Assembly (NCBI GenBank): GCA_043228905.1
Contig: JBHGNT010000011.1
Location: 16,244,001-16,308,000, forward strand
From: Azolla caroliniana
Taxonomy: Eukaryota; Plantae; Polypodiophyta
Length of the DNA stretch: 64,000 bases
Direction of reading: 5' to 3'
Part shown: one piece after another, positions 28,801-41,215 of the stretch
How positions within the stretch are numbered: the first letter of the stretch is position 1
How the letters are laid out: the number at the start of each line of letters is the position of its first letter
Translations under genes and position numbers: made by a program
Notes under the pieces: generated by a model
The model's database searches: none
Told to the model about the DNA's origin: nothing
The model's input: only the letters and a program-made list of their open reading frames with translations

Positions 28801-29462
28801 AGAGACCACCACGACGCAGGGAGCAACAACGGAGACGCCGGTGTCAGAGCCACAACCGGAGGAGCAGCCGTAGCAACCACCAACGAACCCGCCGCAGCAG
28901 ACAGCAACAGAGCAGCAACAAGAACAACCACTTCCAGATGAACCATTGGAGCCTCTCGAACAGAGCATTCTGGACATTTTGGACGAAGAATAACAAGGGT
29001 CGGTTGTGGATTCGACGTACAAGGTACTGTCCCAGGGGCGTGCCATGTGTTACCGGCCGGCAAAGGAGTCCAGAGTGGGAAACGGAGAGCTAATTAAGTA
29101 GTAGGAATGTGGTTGTAATTAAGCTATAAGTGTGGACGGACGGACCGGAATCGGTATGCCGTTCCGGATCCGGACCGATCCCGCGTTTTGTAATACAGAC
29201 TGGAAACCTATTTAAAGGCCCGGATACAATGTAATAGTTAGCGGTTAATTAATGAAAGCGTAAGCGTTGTTATATCTCTGTGTTAATTGCCGTTCTGTCT
29301 TAATTGTTATATCTTACGTGTGTTATGAAGACGATCCTAATAAGTAACTTAACTAAGTCGGATTAAGCGTTGAAGTCTAATCCGGTTGCTGTAACACCCT
29401 TTGGTGAAGTGTCTCCCGTAGACACCCTGTGTTAGGCCATTGTCCAGCCCGAAGAGTTAACA
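25878..29462 (+). mobile_element. Non-autonomous LTR retrotransposon (probably Gypsy Tat/Ogre-related) carrying only a decayed coiled-coil ORF
   Basis: TG..CA LTRs at 25878-26310 and 29048-29462 (about 7 substitutions plus an 18-bp indel), TSD GATAC/AATAC, PBS TGGCGACCAC at 26318 (tRNA-Arg-type), G-rich PPT-like segment ~29035. No protease, RT, integrase or CCHC motif seen. Confidence 0.9.
26364..28993 (+). pseudogene. Disrupted ~870-codon acidic/Pro-rich and coiled-coil ORF inside the LTR element
   Basis: ORF pieces starting at 26750, 27182, 27791 and 28253 share one frame and read through point stops to TAA at ~28993; one frameshift near 26745 joins the 26364 ORF. Confidence 0.75.
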
Positions 29463-31417
29463 AATACATACATCATACAACTACCCATTGCCAAAAATAT
29501 CTTGTACGCAACCTCCCATATATTCTTTATGATCACCCACAAACCTCAATATCACAAAGGTAGTGTAGGCATCTTAATAGTAGCACCAATATGGGGAATA
29601 ACTGGCAAATACACCAATTCTCCAACCTCAAAAGGAACTTGGATTATGGCTCATGTCCAAAAAGTTGTTTTGTCCATAGCATATTGCATATTTCTCTTAA
29701 CCATATCCAACGTGTTCCTCATATCTTTAATATCATGAAGCACATGGATTATGACTACTCTATCCTGCAAAATATACACAAACTACTTGAGCCCATAATT
29801 TAGCTCAATCAAGAAAAAACTTGTTTGTAAATACTTTCATGAGTTACATACAAGCTCAAGCAACAACAAATAACTTCCCTAAAGTGTCTAATGGACAATA
29901 TCTTCTAGCACTTGATTAATCCGTTTTATTTTTCCATTGGTCGTATGATGTTCTAGCCTAATACTTAATTTAGCTCCTAGATTCGCAAACACGCTCGTCC
30001 AAATTGTCATGTGAAACAAGTATCTCTATCTCTTTGTGCCATGATCGCCAACTCTTTCCGTTCGGTTCACATGATAAACGGGGAATAGCCAATAGCAATG
30101 TGGTAGTGGAGCCCATTCCCATACTCATGAGTCATGACCAATCCTAAAAGATTGTGCCATATTTGTGTTTATCCCCCCACACCCAACTACCCCCGACCAC
30201 CCATAAGAAGGCCAAAAACATGATGGGCAAAAATACTAGGCTCGAATTGTTTTTCACTCTCACCACTTCATCATCAACACAGTAATTGATTGTTAGATTA
30301 GAAGACTCGGGAGCAAGCCATCTTGAAGCTCATCCAAAGCTCCTAGGAGTTGAAGCAACTTTGGGCACAACTAACCAACGACCCAATAACAATCCCTCAA
30401 CCACCCACATGTAAGAAACCATGCATCAGCCACATCCACAAGGACAACTGAAACGAAGTTGTGCACGATGACGAGGCTCGTATAGGAGCTTAAAGAGGAG
30501 GTAGCATCTAAAGAGCGTCGCCTATGAGAAGTGGCAAGATATACACAATGCATGGCTAAGGCAAAAAGAAGCCACATATCAACCCAACCAGGCTGCAACA
30601 CATAAAAATGACAACTGCCACCAAATAGATGATGAATGCCATACTGAGGATTGCCAAGCTTGAGCATCAATACCACCTCAGCTACCTAGAGTGTGGTACA
30701 TGGTTTATGCACATTAGGGTCTCCTTTGCCTATTCCACTCTGGCTCCTCACACTCACTCATATAAGTAAAACGCACTTTCCTCTTCTACATGAAACTGTC
30801 AAAATTACCCTTAGAGGTCACATAATCCATACTAATGGCTATGAAATAATAATTATAATCCCTTAAGAGTGTCATGGAGTGTGGAATTATATCATGAATC
30901 CAAGTTTGCTATGTATTTGCTGATATTCTCGGAGGCTCCAATATTACTGCAAAAGCAGATGTACAATAATACTGCCGAAGTGCATTGCTGCCCAGAACCC
31001 TGATGTAAGCTTTTTGAAGAGAGCATAACTAAAACCTTAAAAATATAAAAGGGAGTAAAACCACAGAGCAAAGCTTTTATTAACACAGTACATCTAGATG
31101 ATGATTACAACATCTAATAGAGGCAGGGATGCCATAAACACGAACCATCGTTTTGACTGCTCCTAGATTCTTGAAACAATACAATGTGCTCATCTAGGTC
31201 AGGAGCATTGACAATACAAAAGACACCGACATTGGGTGCCAATACCTCAAAGAAGGGCCATGCGCAGCTGCAAGCATTTATGGCTCAAAATATGAGGGCG
31301 AAAACCCATCCGTCTGCCTTCCATGGCTTAGCCATACACCTCACATCATATGCTCTTCAAAAATTGTGAGGCATGCACAAGATGGGAAGAAGCAAAACCA
31401 TCGCACTGATTTATAAC

Positions 31418-34400
31418 TCAGGTTGATTCAGGTTCTGTATCACCCCGTGCTTCAGCTTCATAATTTCCACCCCAATCAATAGACTGCAAAGGCATAATAT
31501 GGTAAACTCGGGAGGAATGCTGCTCAGCATCGCCCATCATATGATCCTGCATAAATTCGATGCCGTCCATTCGTGTGTGTTGCATGGTGGGGAAAGAAGA
31601 AGTTCCTACAGATAATAGAGTGGGATGTTTACCAGCAGAGACTGCTTCATCACTTCCCACACTTTTCTGATTGTCTGTGAAAAAAGTTCCTACTACAACC
31701 TAAGAGAAACATAAAAAAAATACCCAGTTGTTAGCAGACTTATAGAAAATTAATTAAACAGGCCTTACAGCTACTGTTGTTGCACCTGTACAGGACTCGC
31801 TGCCATAAGAAGGCCTGCAACCCCCCCACCCATAACTCGACCATCTGGGCCTGCCAAAGACACACTTAATCCTCCAGTGCGGCTGCGTGTGCCACCACAT
31901 TCAGTAAGAAGAAACGAGCCTGACAAGGACAGAATCTCAAAATGACCCTGCCGTAAACAGTAGATAAGTGTTTCCTCAGAAAGACGTTTGCAAGCTTCTT
32001 TTCATTCCTTAAGAGATACAAATGTAAATGAGATAAGGCAGCCTCAGAGAAGAATGAAATTGAACCATATTACAGCAGACCCATGAGTTCCTACATAATT
32101 TCATTTCCGTTTCAAGAAAATATCTAATGAATCAGGAATTAAACCATACATGATGAAAAGGGCAATTTCAAAACAAAAGGAATGATTAAAAAAAAGACTT
32201 AATCTAGTAAATAGTAGCATAGTCACTAGTGTAATAGGAACAGAGACAGAAAAAACGAGTTTCAAAGTTTCCGAACTTGGGCATCTTGTATTTCATTAAC
32301 CTCTAATGTTACAGTGTGGTTGAAGCAGCAATTAAACCAAAAGATTCTGCAGGTGACAAGTGCAAACCTCATATGTAACAGCACCACCAGAGACTCCAGG
32401 GTGACGAAGTGTTGCATTTGAAATGGCTCCATTAGCTGACAGTATACACACAGCCCAGGGTCCCTGGCTTGTAAAAGTTATGATCCTTGTTGACACATCC
32501 TGAAACCATGTAATTATTCAATTCTAAGATAACAATCTGGAAATGTAAAAAATCTACAATAAACTTTGAACCATGTAAGAAAGCAACTTTAACCAATACA
32601 GAGAGAAAACACAACTGAAGCATGGCCTTAATAAAACCAGTCAACTGACATGATTTCAGCTCACTGATAAATTACCTCAAACGGGAATAACAAAAAAAGT
32701 TTAAAAGGTTGATATCTTGTATTTGTGAGTATCTGCTTCTGATCACTCGACATTGACACTTTTAAGATCAGAAGGATAAGGAATCATAAAATTCTAGAAC
32801 ACAGCTAGTTATGGCTCTTTGTGTAATTTTTCCATATGGAGATTCTACCATTATCATTCCCAAATTTACTCACATGGATTTCATGAGGCAGTAGCTCTAC
32901 TGGTTTTTAACTTTAACTGCTATATTGTCAAGATTATAATATTTCTGTTCATTTATAATTTAGCAATATATCTGCACTTTATTCACTACTAATTCTTCAT
33001 CCTGGCATTCAATTCCAACGTCAATGTGAAAGAAATCATAGCTCTCCTGCATCAATTTTTAAGACATTGAGTGATATTCAACTATACTGTCAAGAATTCT
33101 AATATTTCTGTTCATTTATAACTTAGCAATATTCACTACTGCTTCTTCATCTTTCCATTCCCATCAATGTCAAAGAAATTAATACCTCTCAGCATTACTT
33201 GTTAAGAAATCATAGCTCTCCTGCATCAATTTTTAAGACATTGAGTGATATTCAACTATACTGTCAAGAATTCTAATATTTCTGTTCATTTATAACTTAG
33301 CAATATTCACTACTGCTTCTTCATCTTTCCATTCCCATCAATGTCAAAGAAATTAATACCTCTCAGCATTACTTGTTAAGAAATCATAGCTCTCCTGCAT
33401 CAATTTTTAAGACATTGAGTGATATTCAACTATACTGTCAAGAATTCTAATATTTCTGTTCATTTATAACTTAGCAATATTCACTACTGCTTCTTCATCT
33501 TTCCATTCCCATCAATGTCAAAGAAATTAATACCTCTCAGCATTACTTGTTAAGAAATCATAGCTCTCCTGCATCAATTTTTAAGACATTGAGTGATATT
33601 CAACTATACTGTCAAGAATTCTAATATTTCTGTTCATTTATAACTTAGCAATATTCACTACTGCTTCTTCATCTTTCCATTCCCATCAATCTCAAAGAAA
33701 TTAATACCTCTCAGCATTACTTGTTAAGACATGAATGATATTCTGACCTGCATTTACTGTTAAGAACTCAAGACATTTGGTTTTTTAGTTTATCTCTGAT
33801 ATTCTGTCAAGATTCTAGGTTGTGTTCATTTATGAATTAGCACTAGGTGCACTCTATTTACTAGAGTTTCTTCATCCTCCCATTCCCATCAATTCCAAAG
33901 TCAATGTCAAAGAAATTAATACCTCTCCTGCATTAATTGTTAAGACATGTGGGGTGAATTTTTGACCTGCAGCTCCTGTAAAGCACAAAAATACTCTTTT
34001 TTGTAAACGTTATTTCATGCATATTACAAAGATGCAAAGCACTAGGTCACATGACCGCAACGAGTATAGGAAAAGCACTCTCTCCTCAATTGTAAATCAC
34101 AAAAACGTTTTACCCATAAACCATTGTGGGGGCATAGGCCAAGACAATAACCAGAGTTTAGGGATGGCCGTTTCTTTCAGGTTTATTTTGTGTGGATAAA
34201 ACCAACAATCAATGCCCTTCATGTCAGTATAGGACCATGCGAACGAGGTTTTTTCTGTTTCTGCTTGTCTTTCTTGTTTACAGCAACATTCCCGAGCATT
34301 ACAGGCCTAGTGTACATACCAAGGCTTTTCAGCAGTCCAGCTCCTTGCAATTTTGTTGAAGTCTTTGGCTGTATCACTTCCTAGCCCATAAACATTTCTG

Positions 34401-37400
34401 TCAGTACCCAGACAAACCCCCTTGTGAAGTGTATCAGGGTCCTCTCATGTCATCATAATTCATCATCTCACCAGGCATTCATCCTCCATTCATTCTTCAT
34501 GTTTGTCTGGGATTTTCACTCTATTATTGCCTGTACCACTGGATATTTCTATCATCTTCCTTGGTGTTCATATTTACCTGAACCTTTGGCCTCATCAGTT
34601 TGTACAGCCCCGCCAAGAATCTATCATAACACCCTAGGAGAGTAGTTATGCAACACATGTCATACTCCTTGCAACCTTACACACGCAATTTGGTGTTTCA
34701 TATGCATTCCATCTTTTTATGATTTCAATTCTTTAAATAAAGTGTTCAAAGAAAAAAATGCTTTAGGCCATGTACTTATGCAGTGATTTCTATACTTGCT
34801 CGTTTACAATAGATTGGTCAATAGCAATTTTTCATGCACGTCGGCCCTGGCTCTTCACCCTTGCCATCGCCAGATAAAGGCCGTTGCCATCATAAGTGCT
34901 TCCCTTGCCTTGGAGATCTCTCCATTTTGGATCAACCGATGCTAGGGATCTTTCCAAGACAAAAATTACAATCTATCTTACTTGAGAATCTCACATATAT
35001 ATATATATAGTGGAATTCTTTAGTCACTTTTAGGTTTTTTTTAAAAACTTAGTTACGTTTATTTTGGTTTGTTCTGCAAGACAAGACTACATTTTAAGAT
35101 GACATCTTCTCTTTGGTCTTATAGGCCATTTGACATTAATTAACTTGAAAAAATAGTAAATGAGGCTGCAAAAGGAGAAGCATTGGATGGCCCAAGATTC
35201 ATGCATGAACTTATTTGTATACTACTATATGCCGACAATTTTGTTTTATTCTCATCTACTTTTGATGATATGCAACAATTACTTGATGTATTGGACACAT
35301 TCTGTCAAATCTGTGGGCTAATGCACAAAACAAAAATGATGCCAATAAAGCAAATACAATCAAGACACTATCCCACTTTTACATACAAGGGAAATCCCAT
35401 ACAAGTGTTGCAAACCTTCAAATATCTTGGCATTAACGTCCCATCAACAAATAGGTGGAATCTATGCTATGAGTCTAAACTTTAAGCGGGTTGGAAAAGT
35501 CATTTTATGGAGTTCAGTTGTGAGGTAGCACTATCTTACTTAGTGCATAGAATGAAATAGAGAATCCAAAACTTATTCTTATGCAAACAATTGGGGGTAA
35601 ATTCCTCAACTTCCTATCCTCTCAAGTACTACCTACGCAAAGACTATACAAGTATATCACAAAAATCAAGAATATCCCTGATCATAGATTGCCAAAACAA
35701 GCTCAGACATAGAATGCAAGTTACAAAAAACTAATAAAAAAAAATCCTCTCATCTAGCTGGGTGCTTGACATTATGAAATGGTTTAAGAGATGGGGCGTA
35801 AAGATCCATTGGAGGTCGGTCTCAGGTGATGCTATGAAGTATGTGATCATCTAGGTTAGATTATTAGAGGCACTAAGGATGAAGTATCAAGATGGTAAAT
35901 GTCAAATTTTGAATGTTACATTGCAACTATTAACCCCCAATACAAGGTAAAATTGCCAGAATATATCCAATGACATTTCACTACACCAATAACCCTTGGT
36001 TCTCAGAGAGCATTAACACTTCTTTGAACTCGACAAGTTTGGTGTTCAAATAGCATCATAGCATCATCACAGATAAGCCTTGGTTCTCAGAAAGCATTAA
36101 CACTTCTTTGATTGCAACATTCACTGGTAAAGTTCTTGAACATTGAGAGTCGCTACTCACTTTCATATGTATTACGTGAAATGTAATATCTTTGGTCTCA
36201 TAGATCATATTTGACCTCCGAAGATGATAATAGAATCCATCTATCTATCTATCTCCCATGCATGCGCGTGAACACACACACACACAAATATCCTTCCCTC
36301 CCTCTAGCATATGTGTGTAATTTCACTTCTTCCATTTCTAGGCATATATGGTCCTTTAAAATTCTTCTGAGTAGCTCTAATCCATTATTGTTTCCAGGCA
36401 ACTCAGTCCTCCAAGCTTACAGTTGGCACATTTGGTGGAGCTTTTGTTCCTTGTTCCATTTAATCTTTTGCCAAACACCCCATATTACCACAACAAATGC
36501 AGCTCATTCATGCACTCATAAAGCACACATAAATCCTCTTTAAGGTGCCCATATCTTTGCATAGGATGCCCTTGAGCCTTGCCTAACGATACATAGTCAC
36601 TCCATCTGTTTTTTACAGAAGGTATCTACAATGTACAAAGACTACAAAGATGCAAACTGCTGTATCACAAAGATACTCATGCCAATAGTAAATAAGCTAC
36701 CATGTTTCACTTTTTTGTATTTATGATGCCCATGGGCCTAGGCTAATGTCCACATCAATGAACACAGAATGGATTGTACTACTTTACACCATACCAAATA
36801 TACATGAATGGTGGCTAGGGAACCTACAATAAATATGGCAAAAAAAATATTGCAGAGAATCGTCGACTATAGCATGTCCCTTATTCTATTGTCTAATGAT
36901 TCCTCATACTTTAAGAGGATTTCTAGGGGGTCTTTACAAACTGCTCAATAAAGCTAGGATGAGAGAGACAATTGTGCAAGAACATATATATGTATATGTT
37001 TTCAATGTTGCATGAACTCTAAGAATATTGGGGAAACAATATATTTCTGTGAACTAGAAGGCATAGTAAATTCCTCACAATTTGCATGGTCATAGCTCCC
37101 ACACAGTGCATAATCTCACTTGTTTTCAATGTCATGTGTTCGCTGACATTATTGGCAAATTTCTGTGCATTAGAAGAAGGCATAGAAATTTTTGCACAAT
37201 TTGCTTAGTGAGTTTCCCACGTAGTGCACCACCCTCAAACTTGTTTTCAGTATTGCATGAACCCTGGGATTATTGATAAATAACTGTGCATTAGAAGGGA
37301 TAGTAACTTTCTCACAATCTGCATAATGACACTATTTTTTAATGAAAGCCCTATTGCTAAAGCTGAAAACATACAAAGTGTCATAGGCCGCAATAAATGT

Positions 37401-39110
37401 ACCCAACAAAATGGCAATGTATAAGAATTTCTACAAAAACCATAAAAGATTTTCTAAGTGATATGCACAAGAAGCCCCTGTGAAGGGCTTTGATATCATT
37501 CTGCAATTTTCACCCTGCTTTGTAAACAACATTGACAAACATCCCTAAACTCAACAGAAGTCGTGTGGGCATCCTTAAGCACCACAAGACGAACTAGACG
37601 ATGCCTACCATACATTATTGTAGCGCATTCTACTCTCCTTCCCTTTTGCATCTCTTTCCTTGCCCTTTTTCATATTTCTTAATCTCCTTTGCCCAGAAAA
37701 ATCTTTTTTTTCCAATCATCCCATCGTGCCTAAAGATGCCAAACAATGAAGCTTACAGTTTTGAAAGATTCCAAAGTAATTTTGTCACATGTTTCCCATC
37801 TTCGCATCATACCAAAAGATATAAATTAATATATTCCACAATGCATTGGGAAACTCTTGTCATGGATACAAAAGCATTTGCTACAATTTGTATCTCATGA
37901 GTGGCACAATACTTAAGTGATAAATATGTGATGCAAAGAGCAAACCCTTGTTGTAATCCTAGTATTTTACATTACACCCTACAGGCTAAAATAACAAGCT
38001 TTCATGTTCCAAAAGCTGAGAACCTCAACATAACTAATAAAAACATGTCCATGTAAATTTGATACGATTTCCTAAAATCCCGTTTGCTGTGCTGGGGCAG
38101 GCAGTTCAAGAGAGCTAGTTCAGGAATCAAAATTTTGTAAGAGGCTTTGGCCAAAATAATCATAAGTTTCATTATAATATATAAATCTATATGGGAAGTC
38201 CTTGCTCAATAATAGAAAATGAAACGTGCAGCTGCACCCTCTGCTCGGTAACCTCAAAATTCTGTGAAGCTATGGACATGAACTTCGGCAGATGCGATCT
38301 ACATAAAAAGTTAGTTGAAAAACTAACTTGAACGCATTTGGGAAATTAAACAAACCTGACAGACACTACTAAACTTGAAGGGAAATAAATAAATCTGGAA
38401 TGAGGTTGCATATTGAGTAAATATATTGTTAAAGGAATCCTTATTGAAACCCATCATAGACACAAGAGAAGAAATGTACCTAATGCTAAAAGCTGAGCCT
38501 TTTTTCCAGAGCTGAAGTTCTTCTTCTTCAAAAAAGAGGATGCAGAGAGCAGTCGAGGTGACTGTGGGATGAGGATGGACACTCCATTTGCATCTTTGGC
38601 ATACTTTCGGGGCCTTCCCCTCTTCCTCTTGGCAGGCTCCAAGGAGGAGGGAGAGCGGTCTCCTCCGAAATCGCTCATTACAAGGCCCGAGTTGCCGGCT
38701 CCAGCCCCCTCTCCCTCCCTGAAGAAAGAAGAGGAAGATGTGTTGTTAGAGTTAGGGTTAGTGATGTTGATGTTGAAGTCAGATGCGGAGGTGACCGGGT
38801 CAGAGTTAAGGTTAGGGGTAGAATTTAGATTGGATAAGGTGCGGATGTGGCCATGGCTATGGTTATGGCCATGGCGCATAGCAGTGGGGGCATGGAGCAT
38901 ATTCATAGAAGCCCCTCGAAGGATATGAAAGCCTGACCCTTCCAATCGCTCCTCCTGCTCCTCCTGCTGATGATGCTGATGCTGATGCTGCTGCTGCTGC
39001 TGCTGCTGGTGGAGGTGGTGATGGAAGCTATTATAGGATCCACCTCCAAAAGGAGGACCCCGAGGGGAGGGGCTTATATGACTAGCAGCAGAGTCGCGGA
39101 CTTCTTCCAT
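31418..39110 (-). CDS. AHL: AT-hook motif nuclear-localized protein (AT-hook + PPC/DUF296; intron-containing clade B), 5 exons
   Basis: Exons 39110-38480 (KRKRGRPRKY), 33975-33923 (GAAGQKFTPHVLTINAGE), 32499-32368 (DVSTRI..AVCILSANGAISNATLR), 31947-31786 (GHFEILSLSGSF..RTGGLSVSLAGPDGRVMGGGVAG), 31699-31418 (VVVGTF..*); all GT-AG and in phase. Confidence 0.95.
33031..33726. repeat. 174-bp tandem repeat, 4 near-identical copies (plus diverged flanking copies to ~32885 and ~33950), in AHL intron 2
   Basis: AGAAATCATAGCTCTCCTGC recurs at 33031, 33205, 33379 and 33553. Confidence 0.97.
35140..36180 (+). pseudogene. Degenerate LINE reverse-transcriptase remnant in AHL intron 1
   Basis: ILLYADNFVLFS (YADD-like)..MQQLLDVLDTFC..KTKMM..FKYLGI; boundaries approximate. 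Confidence 0.75.
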
Positions 39111-39139
39111 GCATGCATGTGATACCCAACAACTGCAAA

Positions 39140-39171
<32 letters not shown>

Positions 39172-39814
39172 CCCCTTTGCTTCTGAGAAATCTGCAGCGA
39201 CCTTTTCTGTTTCTTCGGGGAATAAACTCTTATCTCTATCTCTACTTGTATTTCTACGTTGCTGCTTCTGAGAAATTTGCAGCAGCAGAGGCTTCTTATT
39301 CTTCAATTCAAGGAATACTCTCTCTGTGTGTGTCTCTCTCTCTTCTTTCTTCTTTCTTCTTTCTTCTTCTCAGATATGAGATGAGGGTGCGGGCAAATTC
39401 TTTCTTCTTCTCTTCTGCAGGATGCCAAAAGCAGGGAAGAGAAGGGGGGAACAGGGTTTTTAGTTGGAGGGGGGGAGAGACGGCGTGTTTGAACTCACAC
39501 ACACACACATAAACAGTCTCTCCTCTGCACTATACTGAGTACTCTACTCTACTGTCTCCCCTGCTCTCTCTCTCTGCTGCTCCCCTGCTCCTTTTGGTTT
39601 TTCTCCATTGACTTAACAACAGAGTGTGTGTGTGTGTGTGTACACACCACCTCATCCCCCAACACATAATACACACACAACACTCTTCTCTTTCTTTGCA
39701 AGGGCATGTGCTTTGGTATGAGAGAGAGAGAGAGAGAGAGAGAGACTAAAGTGGCATCTATGGCCAGATGGATTTAGCTCTGAGAGAGAGAGAGAGAGAG
39801 TAAAGTGGCATTTA

Positions 39815-39893
39815 TGCTCAGATGGATGTAGCTCAGTTGGTAAGGTTGCCCAATAGAGACCAGGTGGTCATGGGTTCAACCTCTACATTTCAC
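39815..39893 (+). mobile_element. Short tRNA-derived retro-copy/SINE head
   Basis: Box A TAGCTCAGTTGG and box B GGTTCAACC, flanked by an 11-bp direct repeat AGTGGCAT(T/C)TA (39804-39814, 39894-39904). Confidence 0.55.
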
Positions 39894-40043
39894 AGTGGCA
39901 TCTAGTCAAATAGAGATATATATGTAGTATATAATAGAGAGGTGAGAAAATTGGGTTCCAAACCCAAGTAAGGACGCAGTGCTTGTAGTGCTATCAACTT
40001 ACCACTAGGGTAAGCTAATTACGATAAAAAGAGAGAGAGACTA

Positions 40044-40077
<34 letters not shown>

Positions 40078-40174
40078 TGTTCTCTTTGCAAGGGCTGTGT
40101 TGTTTTGCCTCACTCCATGCATAGTTTTGTGTGTGTGAACAGTTCTAGCAATCTGAGAGAGAGAGAGAGGGTAC

Positions 40175-41215
40175 CATCATTTAGTAGAGAGCATTGTAAT
40201 TCTTTGCAAAAAGAGTTGCTTGTGTCTTCTCGGTTATTATGTTGGCCAAGAAAGGAGAGATTGTGCTCTCAATTTAATCGTTTGTTTCGTTTGGGGGTCA
40301 AAGAGGTGGGAGATATAGTTGAGGCTCCATCTCAAAGAATTTTGGAGTTTGCTTAAGCACAACAATTATTATGTATTCCGCCTAATTATGGGTTTATTTG
40401 GCAACAACTACAAAATATTGCATTGATGCAAGGTCCCTTACCTCTACAAACAAGAGAACAATCATGGCTTGATTGGTGTTTAAAGGGTCAAACATCGTTG
40501 TTACAAGTGACTACTAATCTTTTGTATCATTGCTCTGTTGAGTCTCTTGGATGGTTATCATCTAAGGCTGAAGAAGAATGGAGATTACACAAGTCAGATC
40601 ATGGTTGGTGGCAGATCTTACAACGTAGTTGGCATTCTAAATTGCCACTTGTAGCAAAGGTCTTCATTTGGAGAGTTTTGATTGGAGGTTTGCCTTTAGG
40701 ATTAGCTCTAAAGCGTCATGGATTAGCAACAAGTAATTGTTTCTTTTGCACTGTTCAAATGGAAGATAATACTCATCGATTTATACAATGTCCGATTGCT
40801 TGTCAAATTTGGAGTTACATTTCTCAAATTTGGCAAGTTTTATATCAGTGTTATTTGACACCTAGACAATGGGTGTTTGCACAATTTACATAGGTTGACC
40901 CAAAATTAGAGATGGAGATAGTTTTTCAATTTCTGAGATATTGGGGATTACTTCATAATTGGAATATGCGCAACACTTTTGCATTCGATGGTCGACATGG
41001 AGTGAAAGCATAGCTACGAAAGTTGAAGGGAGTACTAATGTGGCAATTTTCTTTATTGGAGCAAGTGGAAATTCTTTCCTCGGTGGAGTGTTCGTCTTGC
41101 CTATTGGCAATTCAACATGTTCCACTACCCATGTACTATAGTGTAGTTAGTGGGTGACCATACTCCATTGTCACACCTATTGTAAGTAGTGTTTTTTACA
41201 CACATTTATTAATAT
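40175..41215 (+). pseudogene. 5'-truncated LINE 3' fragment with zf-RVT domain
   Basis: WHSKLPLVAKVFIWRVLIGGLPLG..CFFC..EDNTHRFIQCPIACQIW; sits between two copies of a ~100-bp segment (~40060-40157 and ~41255-41385). Confidence 0.8.

Noticed and set aside
25480-30000. Highly degenerate LINE remnant flanking the LTR element (similar hints at ~2900-3900 and ~14480-15100)
   Set aside because: Only faint motif resemblance; boundaries and identity cannot be supported without a profile search
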